IMG/VR virus record: IMGVR_UViG_3300049043_000112
Span: 172,017 to 236,016 of that record
Strand: one strand, 5' to 3'
DNA length: 64,000 nt
Shown here: positions 10,101-19,571 of the stretch, one piece after another
Numbering within the stretch: the stretch's first letter is position 1
How the letters are laid out: every line of letters begins with the position of its first letter
Notes under the pieces: model-generated
What the model saw: only the letters and a program-made list of their open reading frames with translations
Told to the model about the DNA's origin: nothing
Database searches by the model: none
Position numbers and translations under genes: made by a program

Positions 10101-12207
10101 CAACTGCTAAATCTCTTTCAGTGAATTGAACACTTCCAGCAGCAAGTCTTGTACCAACTGGAAACTGAGTTGAACCAATACCAACAGCATAGTTTGTTAA
10201 CCAAGCATCAGTTCCTAAACCAGAGAAGGAACCTGCCTTAAACCACATAATTTTCTTATATGTGGCAGGAGTGGTTTCAATTCCAGCAATGAATAGTTGA
10301 GTTAATGGTGTTCCTTCTGTCGATGCAACTGCAATACCACCATGATTTGCTGTTGTATCTGTAGAAACATCATTATTATAAGCATCTGTAGTGAAACCAA
10401 GAACAATATCTGCGTCTTTAACTCTAAAGTCTTGTGCAACAATATAAGCACTTGTACCACCAATCGTGATATTGCCAGTTACATTCAGATTGTTATTAAC
10501 CTGTAAGTCATTTGCAATCGTGACATTTCCAGGTAACGTTGGATTGTTTGCAATTGCAACAACTGGTGTTGAGCTCTCTCCAGTTCCACCAGTAATTGTA
10601 ATTTGATTTGTAGTTCCAGAAATATTCTGAACATAATCACCAGTTGTATCAGAACCAAGTGCAACAGAGTTAGGTTGAATTGTTGCAGCAAGAGAAACAT
10701 TACCCGTTCCATCAAAGAAGATTGGTGAAGCAACAACATCACCAGTAATTTCAAATGTTCTTCTAGTTACAAGTTGAGTTGCAGATGCTGCAATACCTGT
10801 AAGAGCACCTACAAATCCACCAGTTGAAGTTGTAACACCAGATATTAATAGATTGCTTCCACTGATATTTCCTGCAACTGTTAGATTTCCAGTACCACCA
10901 AGTCGCATAACTTGAGTGGTGTTTCCATACCATTTAAATCCAACAGCATCAATATTATCATCAACTCCAAACCAAACATTATTTCCTTCAACACCAATTG
11001 CATAATTGGTTTTGGTGTTATTAGTAAAGTCATATAAACGAAGTCTTTCACCACTATAGTTACCAGCAGTTGGTGCTAAGAGTGATGTACTGGTCGAAAT
11101 AAAAGCGTTCCGAGTTGTTACAAACCCAAGAGCATTTAAATTATTTTGAACTGTAACTGTTGGAGTTGTGCTTCCAGTAAATTCAAGTGCCTTATATCCC
11201 CCAGCACTATTAATCTGCCCAACACCAATCGTTCCTTGGAAAGCAACGTTTCCAGTACCGCTATAAATGTAGAATGAATTAGTTCCGTCTGCTGCTTGAA
11301 TATATCCTGTGCTTGGACGGAATGTGGAACCAGTTACAATACCTGATGAATTAATACTCTGAGCAGTCAGGTGTGTTACAGAAGTAACTCCAAGAGTGCT
11401 AATTCCAGTATAATTTAAATATGTACCAGTTAAATTAGTTGCGATACCAGTTACAATGTTCGCAGTACCAAAATTACCAGTTGTGTAAGTTAAGTTACTA
11501 CCAGAAATCGTGGTAACGACACCTGTTACAGCGTTAGCGGTCGTGAAGTTACCATTACCATACGTCAGGTTAGTACCAGAAATCGTGGTAACAACTCCAG
11601 TAACGACATTTGCTGTTCCTAAGTTACCAGTAGTATAAGTGAGATTAGTACCACTTAGAGTTGCAATAGTACCAATGCCACTGTAATTCAGAGTGGTACC
11701 AGAAATCGTGGTGACGATACCTGCGACTACATTAGCAGTACCTAAGTTACCCGTAGTATAAGTGAGATTAGTACCACTTAATGTGTTAATCGTACCAATG
11801 CCACTATAATTTAAAGTAGTACCAGAAATTGTGGTTACAATACCACTAACAATGTTCGCGTTTGTATAATTAACTGTTGTACCATTGAGTGTTGCAATTG
11901 TACCAACACCAGTATAATTTAAGTTGGTACCTGAGATTGTGGTAACAACACCAGTTACAATATTCCCTGTTCCTAAATTACCAGTTGTATAGGTTAAATT
12001 GGTACCACTTAATGTTGCAACGGTACCAATGCCTGTGACATTTAAATTTGTGCCGGTAATATTTGTAAGAGTTGCAATACCAGCATTAATATTTCCGTTA
12101 AAAGTAGTGGCTGTAACTACACCAGTAACTAATACATCTCCAATTACGTGTAGAGCAGAAGTTGGATTTGTTGTCCCTATTCCAGTATTAGTCTTAAGTA
12201 GAGCCAT
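7198..12207 (-). CDS. Large Thr/Gly/Asn-rich repeat virion fibre protein (1,669 aa)
   Basis: Long ORF with GTNLTYTTGNLGTANIVTGVVTTIS-type repeats and GIGTTNP motifs typical of cyanophage fibres. Confidence 0.8.
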   Translation of the reverse strand: MALLKTNTGIGTTNPTSALHVIGDVLVTGVVTATTFNGNINAGIATLTNITGTNLNVTGIGTVATLSGTNLTYTTGNLGTGNIVTGVVTTISGTNLNYTGVGTIATLNGTTVNYTNANIVSGIVTTISGTTLNYSGIGTINTLSGTNLTYTTGNLGTANVVAGIVTTISGTTLNYSGIGTIATLSGTNLTYTTGNLGTANVVTGVVTTISGTNLTYGNGNFTTANAVTGVVTTISGSNLTYTTGNFGTANIVTGIATNLTGTYLNYTGISTLGVTSVTHLTAQSINSSGIVTGSTFRPSTGYIQAADGTNSFYIYSGTGNVAFQGTIGVGQINSAGGYKALEFTGSTTPTVTVQNNLNALGFVTTRNAFISTSTSLLAPTAGNYSGERLRLYDFTNNTKTNYAIGVEGNNVWFGVDDNIDAVGFKWYGNTTQVMRLGGTGNLTVAGNISGSNLLISGVTTSTGGFVGALTGIAASATQLVTRRTFEITGDVVASPIFFDGTGNVSLAATIQPNSVALGSDTTGDYVQNISGTTNQITITGGTGESSTPVVAIANNPTLPGNVTIANDLQVNNNLNVTGNITIGGTSAYIVAQDFRVKDADIVLGFTTDAYNNDVSTDTTANHGGIAVASTEGTPLTQLFIAGIETTPATYKKIMWFKAGSFSGLGTDAWLTNYAVGIGSTQFPVGTRLAAGSVQFTERDLAVVRNINASGIITAPTAIITTANITNANVVTGIVTNISGTYLNYTGVGTITNLTGTTGTLTTLNAATGNIVTGVVTTLSGTNLTYGNGNFTTGNIVTGVVTTISGTDLTYTTGNLGTANITTGNIVTGVVTTLSGTNLTYSGIGTIATLNSTTGSIVTLSGTNLTYTTGNLGTANVVTGVVTTLSGTNLTYGTGNLTTGNIVTGVVTTISGTNLTYTTGNLGTANITTGNIVTGVVTTISGSNLNYTGVGTITTLNSTTGSITTLSGTNLTYTTGNLGTGNIVTGVVTTLSGTNLTYGTGNLTTGNIVTGVVTTISGTNATYTTGNFGTANVVAGVVTTISGTNLNYTGVGTITTLNSTTGSISTISGTSATYTTGNFGTANVVTGVVTSITGTTLNYTGIGTIATLSGTNLTYGTGNFGTANIVTGVATNLTGTNLNYTGVGTIATLNSTTGSITTLSGTNLTYATGNFNRANIVTGIITSATGIFLNYTGIGTVDTLSGTNLTYTFADFDNAYITSGVVTSITGTTANYTNIDASTLNANRGNLVTGVVTTISGTNLNYTGVGTITNFNSTAASITNLNLTGIVTATRLSTGAIGTGINITTDTITGPSSIVIDPAAIGDNSGAVRIKGDLYVDGSQVVVNSTAIALGDFIVGIATSVASNVLLDGAGIGIGSTNIRKTFTYDYVNNSLKSSENLNIPTGKTYKINGIDVLSSTSLGTGVTNSSLTSVGTLNNLTVSGTASLPYISGTYLNYTGVGTIAALNATNLSVSAATTTGLLNVGVGGTILTTTNGPRVGINSTAPGYTLDVGGNINFSGALYQSGQLFTSGIGIGSTSVNPQSGVINRRIGVGFTDINIVGSGITIAGYGSTVVVDFTQLSAAAGALSISTVTNPRYQSIAFVGSATTSIIGISTSTDPFVFDTQTRSVGIGTSVPNYKLDVVGDINSSTALKVGGVNILDEALRLSIAFG

Positions 12208-12237
12208 CTTCTTCCTTTATATAAGGTTATTTATTTC

Positions 12238-13107
12238 CTAGTAATTAACATTATATCCAGTATAAATCGTCCAACTCGTACCATCACTATTTCCTTCAAA
12301 AACATAACTTTGATTTTGCGATAATGTATAAGTTGCATATTGTGTTGTAGCACTTGCAACCATTCTTGCACCAGTAATCCTAGAATGATTACCAACTAAT
12401 AATTCCAAGACATTTTTTCCACCCATAATGCTTGGATTGAATAATGTAATCTCCAGAACAATGTTAGGAGACCCAACAGTTCCTGAAGTCGCTGCAGTTC
12501 CTTCATAACGAATTCTCTGATAATTCGTTCCACTTGCAAATCTAGAAACTCTTTGGTATGAGTTATCAGCAGAACCAAAATGGAACTTAGGAACTGGTGG
12601 ACGAGTTGCACCCAGTGCTCCAAGATTTCCATATTCACTTGCACCTGCACTAAAAGTTAGATACGTATTAGAACCCATATAGGTTGTTGTATATCCACTT
12701 CCAGCAATATAGAATGTAAATGGAAGAGTAATCGTTAAGAAACTATCATCGACAGAAGCATTTTGAATACTTGTCCACCCAGAAGGTGGATGTGGAGATG
12801 CCGCTCCAGCACCATAAGTAGGTGCTTTTGTTCCTGATACAATCGAATAAGAACCAGCAGGTGGTGGAGGTGTTACATCACTTACACCAGTCAATTCATC
12901 AAAATAATTATAAACTCTTAAGTCCTTATTACTTACAATTCGCATTGGAACACTGCTGGTTAAGTCAGAAAACGTTCCTTCTTGCATTGTATTGGAGTAA
13001 AAAACTCCATACTGGTCTACACTTACATTTCTACTTGGTGCAGAAAATTCATCAAACAAGTTTGTAAATAAAACTCCATCTGAACGTAATCTTGCTACAG
13101 TATTCAT
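12238..13107 (-). CDS. Virion-associated protein with possible nidogen-like (NIDO) region
   Basis: 289 aa; DDSF..ITLPFTFY...MGSNTYLTF resembles the NIDO-like motif; ends in TAG. Confidence 0.55.
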   Translation of the reverse strand: MNTVARLRSDGVLFTNLFDEFSAPSRNVSVDQYGVFYSNTMQEGTFSDLTSSVPMRIVSNKDLRVYNYFDELTGVSDVTPPPPAGSYSIVSGTKAPTYGAGAASPHPPSGWTSIQNASVDDSFLTITLPFTFYIAGSGYTTTYMGSNTYLTFSAGASEYGNLGALGATRPPVPKFHFGSADNSYQRVSRFASGTNYQRIRYEGTAATSGTVGSPNIVLEITLFNPSIMGGKNVLELLVGNHSRITGARMVASATTQYATYTLSQNQSYVFEGNSDGTSWTIYTGYNVNY

Positions 13108-15026
13108 TAGATAAAGATAAAGTCTAAGGAATTTAATGTAGAATTATGTTGAATTTCAAAACGATTTGTTGAACCACTTGCCTGAACACCAACAGTACCA
13201 ATCACGTCCAAGGTTTCTCTTGGTACTGCTGTTCCAATTCCAACTTCACCACTTACGTAAGCACCACCAGTAACTTGCAATCTTTGACTTGCAGTTCCAG
13301 TGCTTGTACCACTACCAATGAGTACTGGTCCATTGGTGAATGTCGAAACACCAGTAACACGAAGTTGTGTAAGTGTTCCAACAGAAGTCAGTGAAGAGTT
13401 AACAACTCCAGCACCTAAAGTTGTTGCAGATAATACATCAGTACCATTAATCTTATAGGTCTTTCCGGAAGGAAGATTGAAGTTTTCACTAGACTTCAGA
13501 GCATCATTTGTGAAATCATAAGTGAAGGTCTTACGAATATTCGTAGAACCAATTCCAATTCCAGCACCATCAAGAAGAGTATTTGATGCAACTGTGGTCG
13601 CAATACCAACATTGAAGTCAGCAAGTTCAATTGTTGATGAATTAACAATAAACTGAGTACCGTCTACATAAAGGTCTCCCTTAATTCTAACTGCCCCAGT
13701 ATTATCACCAACTCCAGCAGGGTCGATGGTAATCGTTGATGGTCCAGTAATTGAACCACTTGTAATATTAATTCCAGTACCAGAAGCGCCAGTTGAAAAC
13801 TGAGTTGCAGTAATAATTCCTGATGAATTAATATAAGTAGCATTCAGATTGGTAATCGTACCGACACCAGTATAATTTAAGTTGGTACCACTGATTGTCG
13901 TAACAACACCAGTAACAATATTACCAGTTGTAAAATTGCCTGTTGTGTATGATACATTTACACCATTGAGAGTAGTGATACTTCCAAGAGTGCTATTCAG
14001 TGTTGCAATTGTACCAACACCAGTATAGTTTAAGTTAGTACCACTGATTGTGGTAACAACACCAGTGACGACATTTGCAGTTCCTAAGTTACCAGTCGTG
14101 TATGTTAAGTTAGTACCACTTAATGTGGCAATCGTACCAATACCACTGTAGTTCAGAGTGGTACCAGAAATTGTGGTAACAATACCAGTAACAATATTTG
14201 CAGTTCCTAAGTTACCAGTTGTATAAGTGAGATTGGTACCACTTAAAGTTGCGACAGTACCAATGCCACTATAACTAATATCAGTTCCTCTTAAGGTGGT
14301 AACAACACCAACTACAACGTTTGCTGTTCCTAAGTTGCCAGTTGTATACGTTAAGTTAGTACCACTTAATGTAGCAATCGTACCAATGCCACTATAATTT
14401 AAAGTAGTACCAGTAATACTTGTTACTAGACCACTAACAATATTAGCAGTGCCCAAGTTACCAGTGGTGTATGTTAAGTTAGTACCACCTACCGTAGCAA
14501 TCGTACCAATACCACTGTAGTTTAGATTAGTACCAGTAATACTTGTAACAACACCAGTTACAATATTTCCAGTTGTAAAATTACCATTGTTAAAGGTAAG
14601 ATTTGTACCACTGGCAGTAATCAGTACACTATTAACACTATTGAAGTTGGTAATACTACCAGTTCCAGTGTAGTTTAAATTAACACCTCTTACGGTGTCA
14701 ATCGTACCATCAGCATAAAAGAGTTCTGAACCATATAGAATTGCAATCGTACCAACACCAGAACTGACCTGTCCACTGAATGTTCTAGCAGTTACAACTC
14801 CAGTAAAAAGTCCATCACCAACAACAGACAATTTTGAAGTTGGAATTGTTGTACCAATTCCAAGATTGCGATCAATATAAACGTCACCAAAAACATCTAA
14901 AGAAGTGCTTGCATTTGTTGTTGCAATACCAACTCTTCCAGTTACATCAAGTACTGTCTGATTTTCGGTATAAGAACTAATACCAACTTTAATTTTTTGT
15001 TGTCTGCCGCTGGTATATTTTGCCAT
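13107..15026 (-). CDS. Thr/Gly/Asn-rich repeat fibre protein (639 aa), paralog of 7198..12207
   Basis: Same repeat type and a shared IDPAxxGDNxGAVRIKGDLYVDG block. Confidence 0.8.
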   Translation of the reverse strand: MAKYTSGRQQKIKVGISSYTENQTVLDVTGRVGIATTNASTSLDVFGDVYIDRNLGIGTTIPTSKLSVVGDGLFTGVVTARTFSGQVSSGVGTIAILYGSELFYADGTIDTVRGVNLNYTGTGSITNFNSVNSVLITASGTNLTFNNGNFTTGNIVTGVVTSITGTNLNYSGIGTIATVGGTNLTYTTGNLGTANIVSGLVTSITGTTLNYSGIGTIATLSGTNLTYTTGNLGTANVVVGVVTTLRGTDISYSGIGTVATLSGTNLTYTTGNLGTANIVTGIVTTISGTTLNYSGIGTIATLSGTNLTYTTGNLGTANVVTGVVTTISGTNLNYTGVGTIATLNSTLGSITTLNGVNVSYTTGNFTTGNIVTGVVTTISGTNLNYTGVGTITNLNATYINSSGIITATQFSTGASGTGINITSGSITGPSTITIDPAGVGDNTGAVRIKGDLYVDGTQFIVNSSTIELADFNVGIATTVASNTLLDGAGIGIGSTNIRKTFTYDFTNDALKSSENFNLPSGKTYKINGTDVLSATTLGAGVVNSSLTSVGTLTQLRVTGVSTFTNGPVLIGSGTSTGTASQRLQVTGGAYVSGEVGIGTAVPRETLDVIGTVGVQASGSTNRFEIQHNSTLNSLDFIFI

Positions 15027-15028
15027 TG

Positions 15029-15370
15029 TTAGTTAAGAGTTTCTAGAATACTTCCTAAGAACTTAATGTCTGTTGCGTTACTTGCAGAAAGAACAAGCAC
15101 GTCACCGGATTCAAGAACAAGTTTTCCTGCAAGAAGATTTGCAGTGTCACTTGAAGAAATTGGAAAGTTCTTTAAGATTTCTGTTGTAACTGCAATTCCA
15201 GAGGTTGTTCTCTTATGAGAAAATGAAATTGTTTGAGTATTGCTTCCAATGTTTGCTGCTTGTGCTAAAAGAACAACACCCGTGTATCCAACGGGTGCTG
15301 TATAAATTCCTACTGCACTTGTTGTTGCAACTTTTGTAACCGTCTTAAATACATTTAATGGTAATGCCAT
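15029..15370 (-). CDS. Small virion structural protein (paralog of 6864..7190)
   Basis: 113 aa; context and similarity to the paralog. Confidence 0.7.
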   Translation of the reverse strand: MALPLNVFKTVTKVATTSAVGIYTAPVGYTGVVLLAQAANIGSNTQTISFSHKRTTSGIAVTTEILKNFPISSSDTANLLAGKLVLESGDVLVLSASNATDIKFLGSILETLN

Positions 15371-15374
15371 TCTA

Positions 15375-17229
15375 TTAATCTCCTCCTAATGCTAGAATGA
15401 ATGGTGTCATTGTGGCGAACAAACTCTTCGAATAGAATGTTCCAGATATGGTTCCAGTGTTTTGATTAACTATGACACCATCACCAATTCTAAAGTTACC
15501 AGACTGGTCAGTACTTGTGAAAACAACAAGACCACCATTACGAGCATCAGTTTCATTATCTTGAATTGGAACTCCACCTTGAGCAGGAAGAGCAGAACCA
15601 ATGTTTGTTCCAGAACCAATGTATTCAAACGAATGCCCAGAAGCTAAAACTCTACTTTGCTTATAAAATGGAACTGTCGAACCAACACCAACTGCATAAG
15701 GTACATTTTCAGAAACTGTAATTGTAGAAATTCCAGCAGAAATTGGAGTTGCTTGAGTGATTGAATAATATGTTGGAAGTAATTCTAAAGTCGCTGTTGC
15801 TGTATTTATTCCAACATCAGGACCAGCGATTGTGATTGTTGGAGTTGTTGTATATCCTCTTCCACTTGAAACAATATCAATTGCAATCACACTTCCATTT
15901 CTAATTTCTGCGACTGCGGTTGCTTGAACACCCCAATCAGTACTTGGTGCTGAAGATTGTAACAGTTGGAGTTGAAGTATATCCAGTCCCTCCAGCACCA
16001 ACTGTAATCTTATTTACAGTACTATACAAACTATCAAAATAAACAACCTGCCCATCAAATGGACGAGTAACATTAATCTTAACTGTTCCTCCAGAAGAAT
16101 AAGTATGTGATAATGTTGAAGGACCTACATTGACCACCAATTGATTTGCTGCAGGAACTGATTTAACTTCAAAGATATAACCATAATTACCGCTTGGATA
16201 CGTTACAATTCCTGGACCAGAGGAACAAGTAAATCCAAGTCCAGCAAGTGTTACTCCCATTCCAACAGCAAAATTATGATTAGAGGAAGTTGTAATCGTT
16301 GCAACTCCGCTTACATTATCATACAGTGCGTTGGATACATTATACGTTGGAACATTTAAATCTAAAACAAAAGTATCACTATTTACTGCTGCTGCTTCTG
16401 TAATAATTCCAGTGTACTTTCTAGGTCCTACACCATCTGCAATCAATCCATAATTACCAAAAGAAGAGTTGCTGTTTGTTAGGTCGCAAGCAGCACCAGT
16501 TCCACAGTAAACAGCAGTATCAGGGCAAATTGTAAATAAAGAAACTAACTGTGCATATCCTTCATTTGTAATCGATACCCCAACACCAGAAGCATTGTAT
16601 TGTGTATAACTATCCAGAACCATCGACTTTGTAGGTCCAATTGAGTGCCTACCATCAATTTTCATTCCAATACTATTTGGAATAAAGTTGGTGCAATTCT
16701 GAATATAAGGTGATTGATTATTATAAACTGCTTTGTTTGGATTGAACGCTACAATTGCTCCAGTGTTTGCAGAACCAACAAAAGACATTTCTGCAATGTA
16801 GTTTCCATTCCCAACATAAAAGAGGTCTCCTTGATTTTGTGGAGATACAGAAACCTCTCTTAAACTTGAACCAACAATACTTACTTGGTCTGGTACTGCA
16901 ATTGGATTATTTTCTAGATAAGTCCCAGCACTAACTTTAATAACAGTTCCTGCTGTTGCTGTTGTGACTGCTGCTCCGATTGTTCTTTTTGCGTCTCCGA
17001 GTTTAAGTCCTGTATTGGTGTCTTTTCCATCTGGTGTTACGTAAATAATATTGGTAACTGTTGCACCTGCAGCAACACGTACCACTTCTGAACCGATACC
17101 CGCTCTATTTCTAACTGCATAGAGTTCAGCATCATTAAGGTTATAAGCTAATTCGCCGTATTGTAACGCTCCTTGTGCTGGAATTTTTCCAGGTACGGCA
17201 GAACGTTTGATCCGAATAGGAGTTGCCAT
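15375..17229 (-). CDS. Baseplate/tail-fibre protein (about 617 aa) with fibre-type N-terminus and beta-helix-like region; frameshift at about 15953
   Basis: ORFs 15937..17229 and 15375..16001 join by removing one T (…TISAPSTDWGVQ…); N-terminus IRIKRSAVPGK..GELAYN. Confidence 0.75.
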
Positions 17230-17285
17230 TTATAATATTCGGTATGTACCAGAAGAACAGTATATACTGCCTTTCATCTATTTAT

Positions 17286-17657
17286 TCAAGTACAATTATT
17301 CCTTCTAGGACGATAAGCAAATAGATTGGTTGGAGGGTCTGGTTTCATCCATTCTTCTATCTTATCAAATCGTTCTTCACTATAAAAATCTTGTTGAACG
17401 TACCATAACTTCCAGTGCTCGTGCCCCTTTGACTGGTTACAATCATGGCAGCAGCAGACTACGTTCTTTGTAAAGTCTGTTCCACCTTTTGCTTGAGGAA
17501 TAATATGGTCAATTGTAAGGTTCTCTTCTGACCCACAATAAGCACATTGATGTCCCCATTCTTCTTTTATATTTTGTCTCCACATTCGTTTCGCTTCTCC
17601 TGGACTTGTTGTTCGTAGATTGAACAAGTACTCTGAAGGCGAACGGAGGAGATCCAT
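17286..17657 (-). CDS. HNH endonuclease
   Basis: CAYCG...TIDHIIP..GG...N...C..CN motif. Confidence 0.9.
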   Translation of the reverse strand: MDLLRSPSEYLFNLRTTSPGEAKRMWRQNIKEEWGHQCAYCGSEENLTIDHIIPQAKGGTDFTKNVVCCCHDCNQSKGHEHWKLWYVQQDFYSEERFDKIEEWMKPDPPTNLFAYRPRRNNCT

Positions 17658-17675
17658 AAGCGACTGCGATTTGAA

Positions 17676-17867
17676 TTATTTAGTGTGTTTTACCTTACAA
17701 GCACCTCTCCCCCAAGCACGACTTAAACTATTGATATAGGAACAAATCTTTCCACTCTCCCCACAATAAGGACACTTAGCATCTGGTGGATCATTTGCAT
17801 AAGGATTATAAACTTCCTTCTTTGGTCTTCTGGCGTTTTCTGCTTGTTTGTGTTTACGGTGGTTCAT
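17676..17867 (-). CDS. Hypothetical protein with CPYC motif
   Basis: 63-aa ORF tightly packed in operon. Confidence 0.65.
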   Translation of the reverse strand: MNHRKHKQAENARRPKKEVYNPYANDPPDAKCPYCGESGKICSYINSLSRAWGRGACKVKHTK

Positions 17868-18154
17868 ACAATCACAGGTTCCCCTTGACCTTGTGGAAGT
17901 TTTTCCAGTTCACGAACTTCCCAAGAACCACCGACTCCACCATCCATATTCACAACGATTTCATTGGTCGGCAGTGCCTTTGGCATTTCAATATCAATCA
18001 CAGGACTCATCAGAAACTTATTACGAGTGATGGTCCTGTTATTGGAATCAAAGGAAACCAGATGAAGAGCATCAAGTTCATCACCACAGTCAGCAATCTT
18101 TCTTCCAGTTCTTTTATCAATCACCGAAAAATATTCATCTTGATACTTCTTCAT
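17864..18154 (-). CDS. Hypothetical protein
   Basis: Likely start MKKYQDEYF at 18154; packed operon. Confidence 0.65.
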   Translation of the reverse strand: MKKYQDEYFSVIDKRTGRKIADCGDELDALHLVSFDSNNRTITRNKFLMSPVIDIEMPKALPTNEIVVNMDGGVGGSWEVRELEKLPQGQGEPVIV

Positions 18155-18263
18155 CTTCTGATTTCTTTTCTTCATTATAAGACACTTGTGGTTTCCTGTA
18201 AAGACCAGGCCAAGTGTCTCTAATGATTTCTGCGAGTTTATAAGGTGTTTCCGAACTAATCAC
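18135..18263 (-). CDS. Small hypothetical protein (MISSETPYKLAEIIRDTWP...)
   Basis: Manual translation, 42 aa; GTG overlaps the upstream stop. Confidence 0.6.
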   Translation of the reverse strand: MISSETPYKLAEIIRDTWPGLYRKPQVSYNEEKKSEDEEVSR

Positions 18264-18394
18264 GGATTATGATTCTTATTTTCTTTAATTTTAGTATAAC
18301 CCCAGACTGCTAGGGTTCCGATTCCAATTCCAGCAAGGCAACAGAGAAACATATGAATTAAGTGAATACAAGTGTTATGGTCGTGAGAGTGCAT
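18260..18394 (-). CDS. Small membrane protein
   Basis: Manual translation, 44 aa, one hydrophobic segment; starts right after petE. Confidence 0.5.
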   Translation of the reverse strand: MHSHDHNTCIHLIHMFLCCLAGIGIGTLAVWGYTKIKENKNHNP

Positions 18395-18395
18395 A

Positions 18396-18719
18396 CTATG
18401 AAACGTGAATGTGTCCAATCATTCCTGCCCCTTTATGAGGAGCACACCAGAAAGTATAGTCCCCTGGTTCTGGAAAGGCGATATCAAAATTTTCTCCTGG
18501 AGCAAATGCAAGACCTTCGTGTGAGAGTTCTGGATGGTCTTCTACAACAACGTTATGTGGAGGTAACATATTGTTGACAAAGTGAACTGATTCACCAGCA
18601 GCAATACTAATGTCTGATGGTTCAAATACTAGGTTGCCATTGGAACCCATTTGAACATCTACTGCCCATGCAGGAAGGGCAAAGAAAAGTGTAGCAAAAA
18701 GTGCGAGAAGAAACTTCAT
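18396..18719 (-). CDS. petE: Plastocyanin
   Basis: Signal peptide; Cu ligands HN...C.PH.GAGM. Confidence 0.95.
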   Translation of the reverse strand: MKFLLALFATLFFALPAWAVDVQMGSNGNLVFEPSDISIAAGESVHFVNNMLPPHNVVVEDHPELSHEGLAFAPGENFDIAFPEPGDYTFWCAPHKGAGMIGHIHVS

Positions 18720-18737
18720 ATAAGTTTACGCAACTTC

Positions 18738-18776
18738 ATTATATATCTAAAAAAAGAAGGGGTCAAGCCCCTCCTT
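18738..18776 (-). promoter_or_regulatory. Terminator hairpin overlapping a sigma70-type promoter for petE
   Basis: TTGACC-17 nt-TATAAT, with the -35 inside a GC hairpin followed by a T-run. Confidence 0.7.
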
Positions 18777-18897
18777 GTGAATATACAGGTTGTAAGATTC
18801 CTCCATCTTGGTCATCATCGTCATCGTGATCTTCAGTGAAAATAACGATAAGTGCGAATGCGAAGATAACCAAGTATAGAAGATACTGTGCGGTCAT
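18763..18897 (-). CDS. Small membrane protein with acidic tail
   Basis: Manual translation MTAQYLLYLVIFAFALIVIFTEDHDDDDDQDGGILQPVYSQGGA. Confidence 0.55.
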   Translation of the reverse strand: MTAQYLLYLVIFAFALIVIFTEDHDDDDDQDGGILQPVYSQGGA

Positions 18898-18911
18898 AAT
18901 GGATTGCCTCT

Positions 18912-19478
18912 TTATGAATAAGATTTAAGATTTTCTACCAGTGTTTGGAGTTCTTGTAGGGATGCGTCACACTTTAACCAGTTTGCTCTTGATGATACTA
19001 CCCATATATTATCAGGAGTATATCCCTTTCCAGGTTCCTTTTGATCTAAACTTGGATTTCTTGCATCTCTTTTATTATTTGTAGATACAAGAGGTATTCC
19101 AAGCAAAGGACAAGTTTCTGGAATAACAATATCATCTATAGTTATAGTAAAAGGTATTCCCTTTCTTTTTGCTCTATGTTGAGCATTATGAAACATTTTA
19201 TATCTTCTATCGTCTTCTTTGCGAGTTCCTTTCGGTTTTCTTTTAGTTTTGTTAAAAGCAATAGTAGTTTCTTTTCTAACACATCCGCAACTTGTAGTTT
19301 TTCCAGATACAAGACCATATCTTTCACAAATTTTTTGACCTCCACACTCACATTTATTAGTTGTATACACTCTACTTTTACCACTTTTAAAAATAATTTC
19401 TTCTTTTAAGACAGTAAGTTTTCCAAATTTTTGCCCAACCAAAGCACCACAAGGTTTTGATTTACTATTTAATCCCAT
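18912..19478 (-). mobile_element. Free-standing homing endonuclease (His-Me-finger/HNH-like) downstream of psbD
   Basis: CECG/SCGC Zn motifs; SLD....GY..DN........N pattern; own late promoter TATAAATA at 19504..19511. Confidence 0.75.
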
Positions 19479-19540
19479 TACCCCAAGTTTGAATACCTAT
19501 TATTATTTATATTTTATCATACTTTGGGTCTTATGTAAAT

Positions 19541-19567
19541 AAAAAAGACCCCAATAATGAGGTCTTT
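19541..19567 (-). terminator. Intrinsic terminator after psbD
   Basis: AAAGACC-TCATTATTG-GGGTCTTTTTT. Confidence 0.75.
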
Positions 19568-19571
19568 ATAA

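Noticed and set aside
1-17229. Diversity-generating retroelement acting on the fibres
   Set aside because: No reverse transcriptase and no template/variable repeat pair differing at adenines in this window
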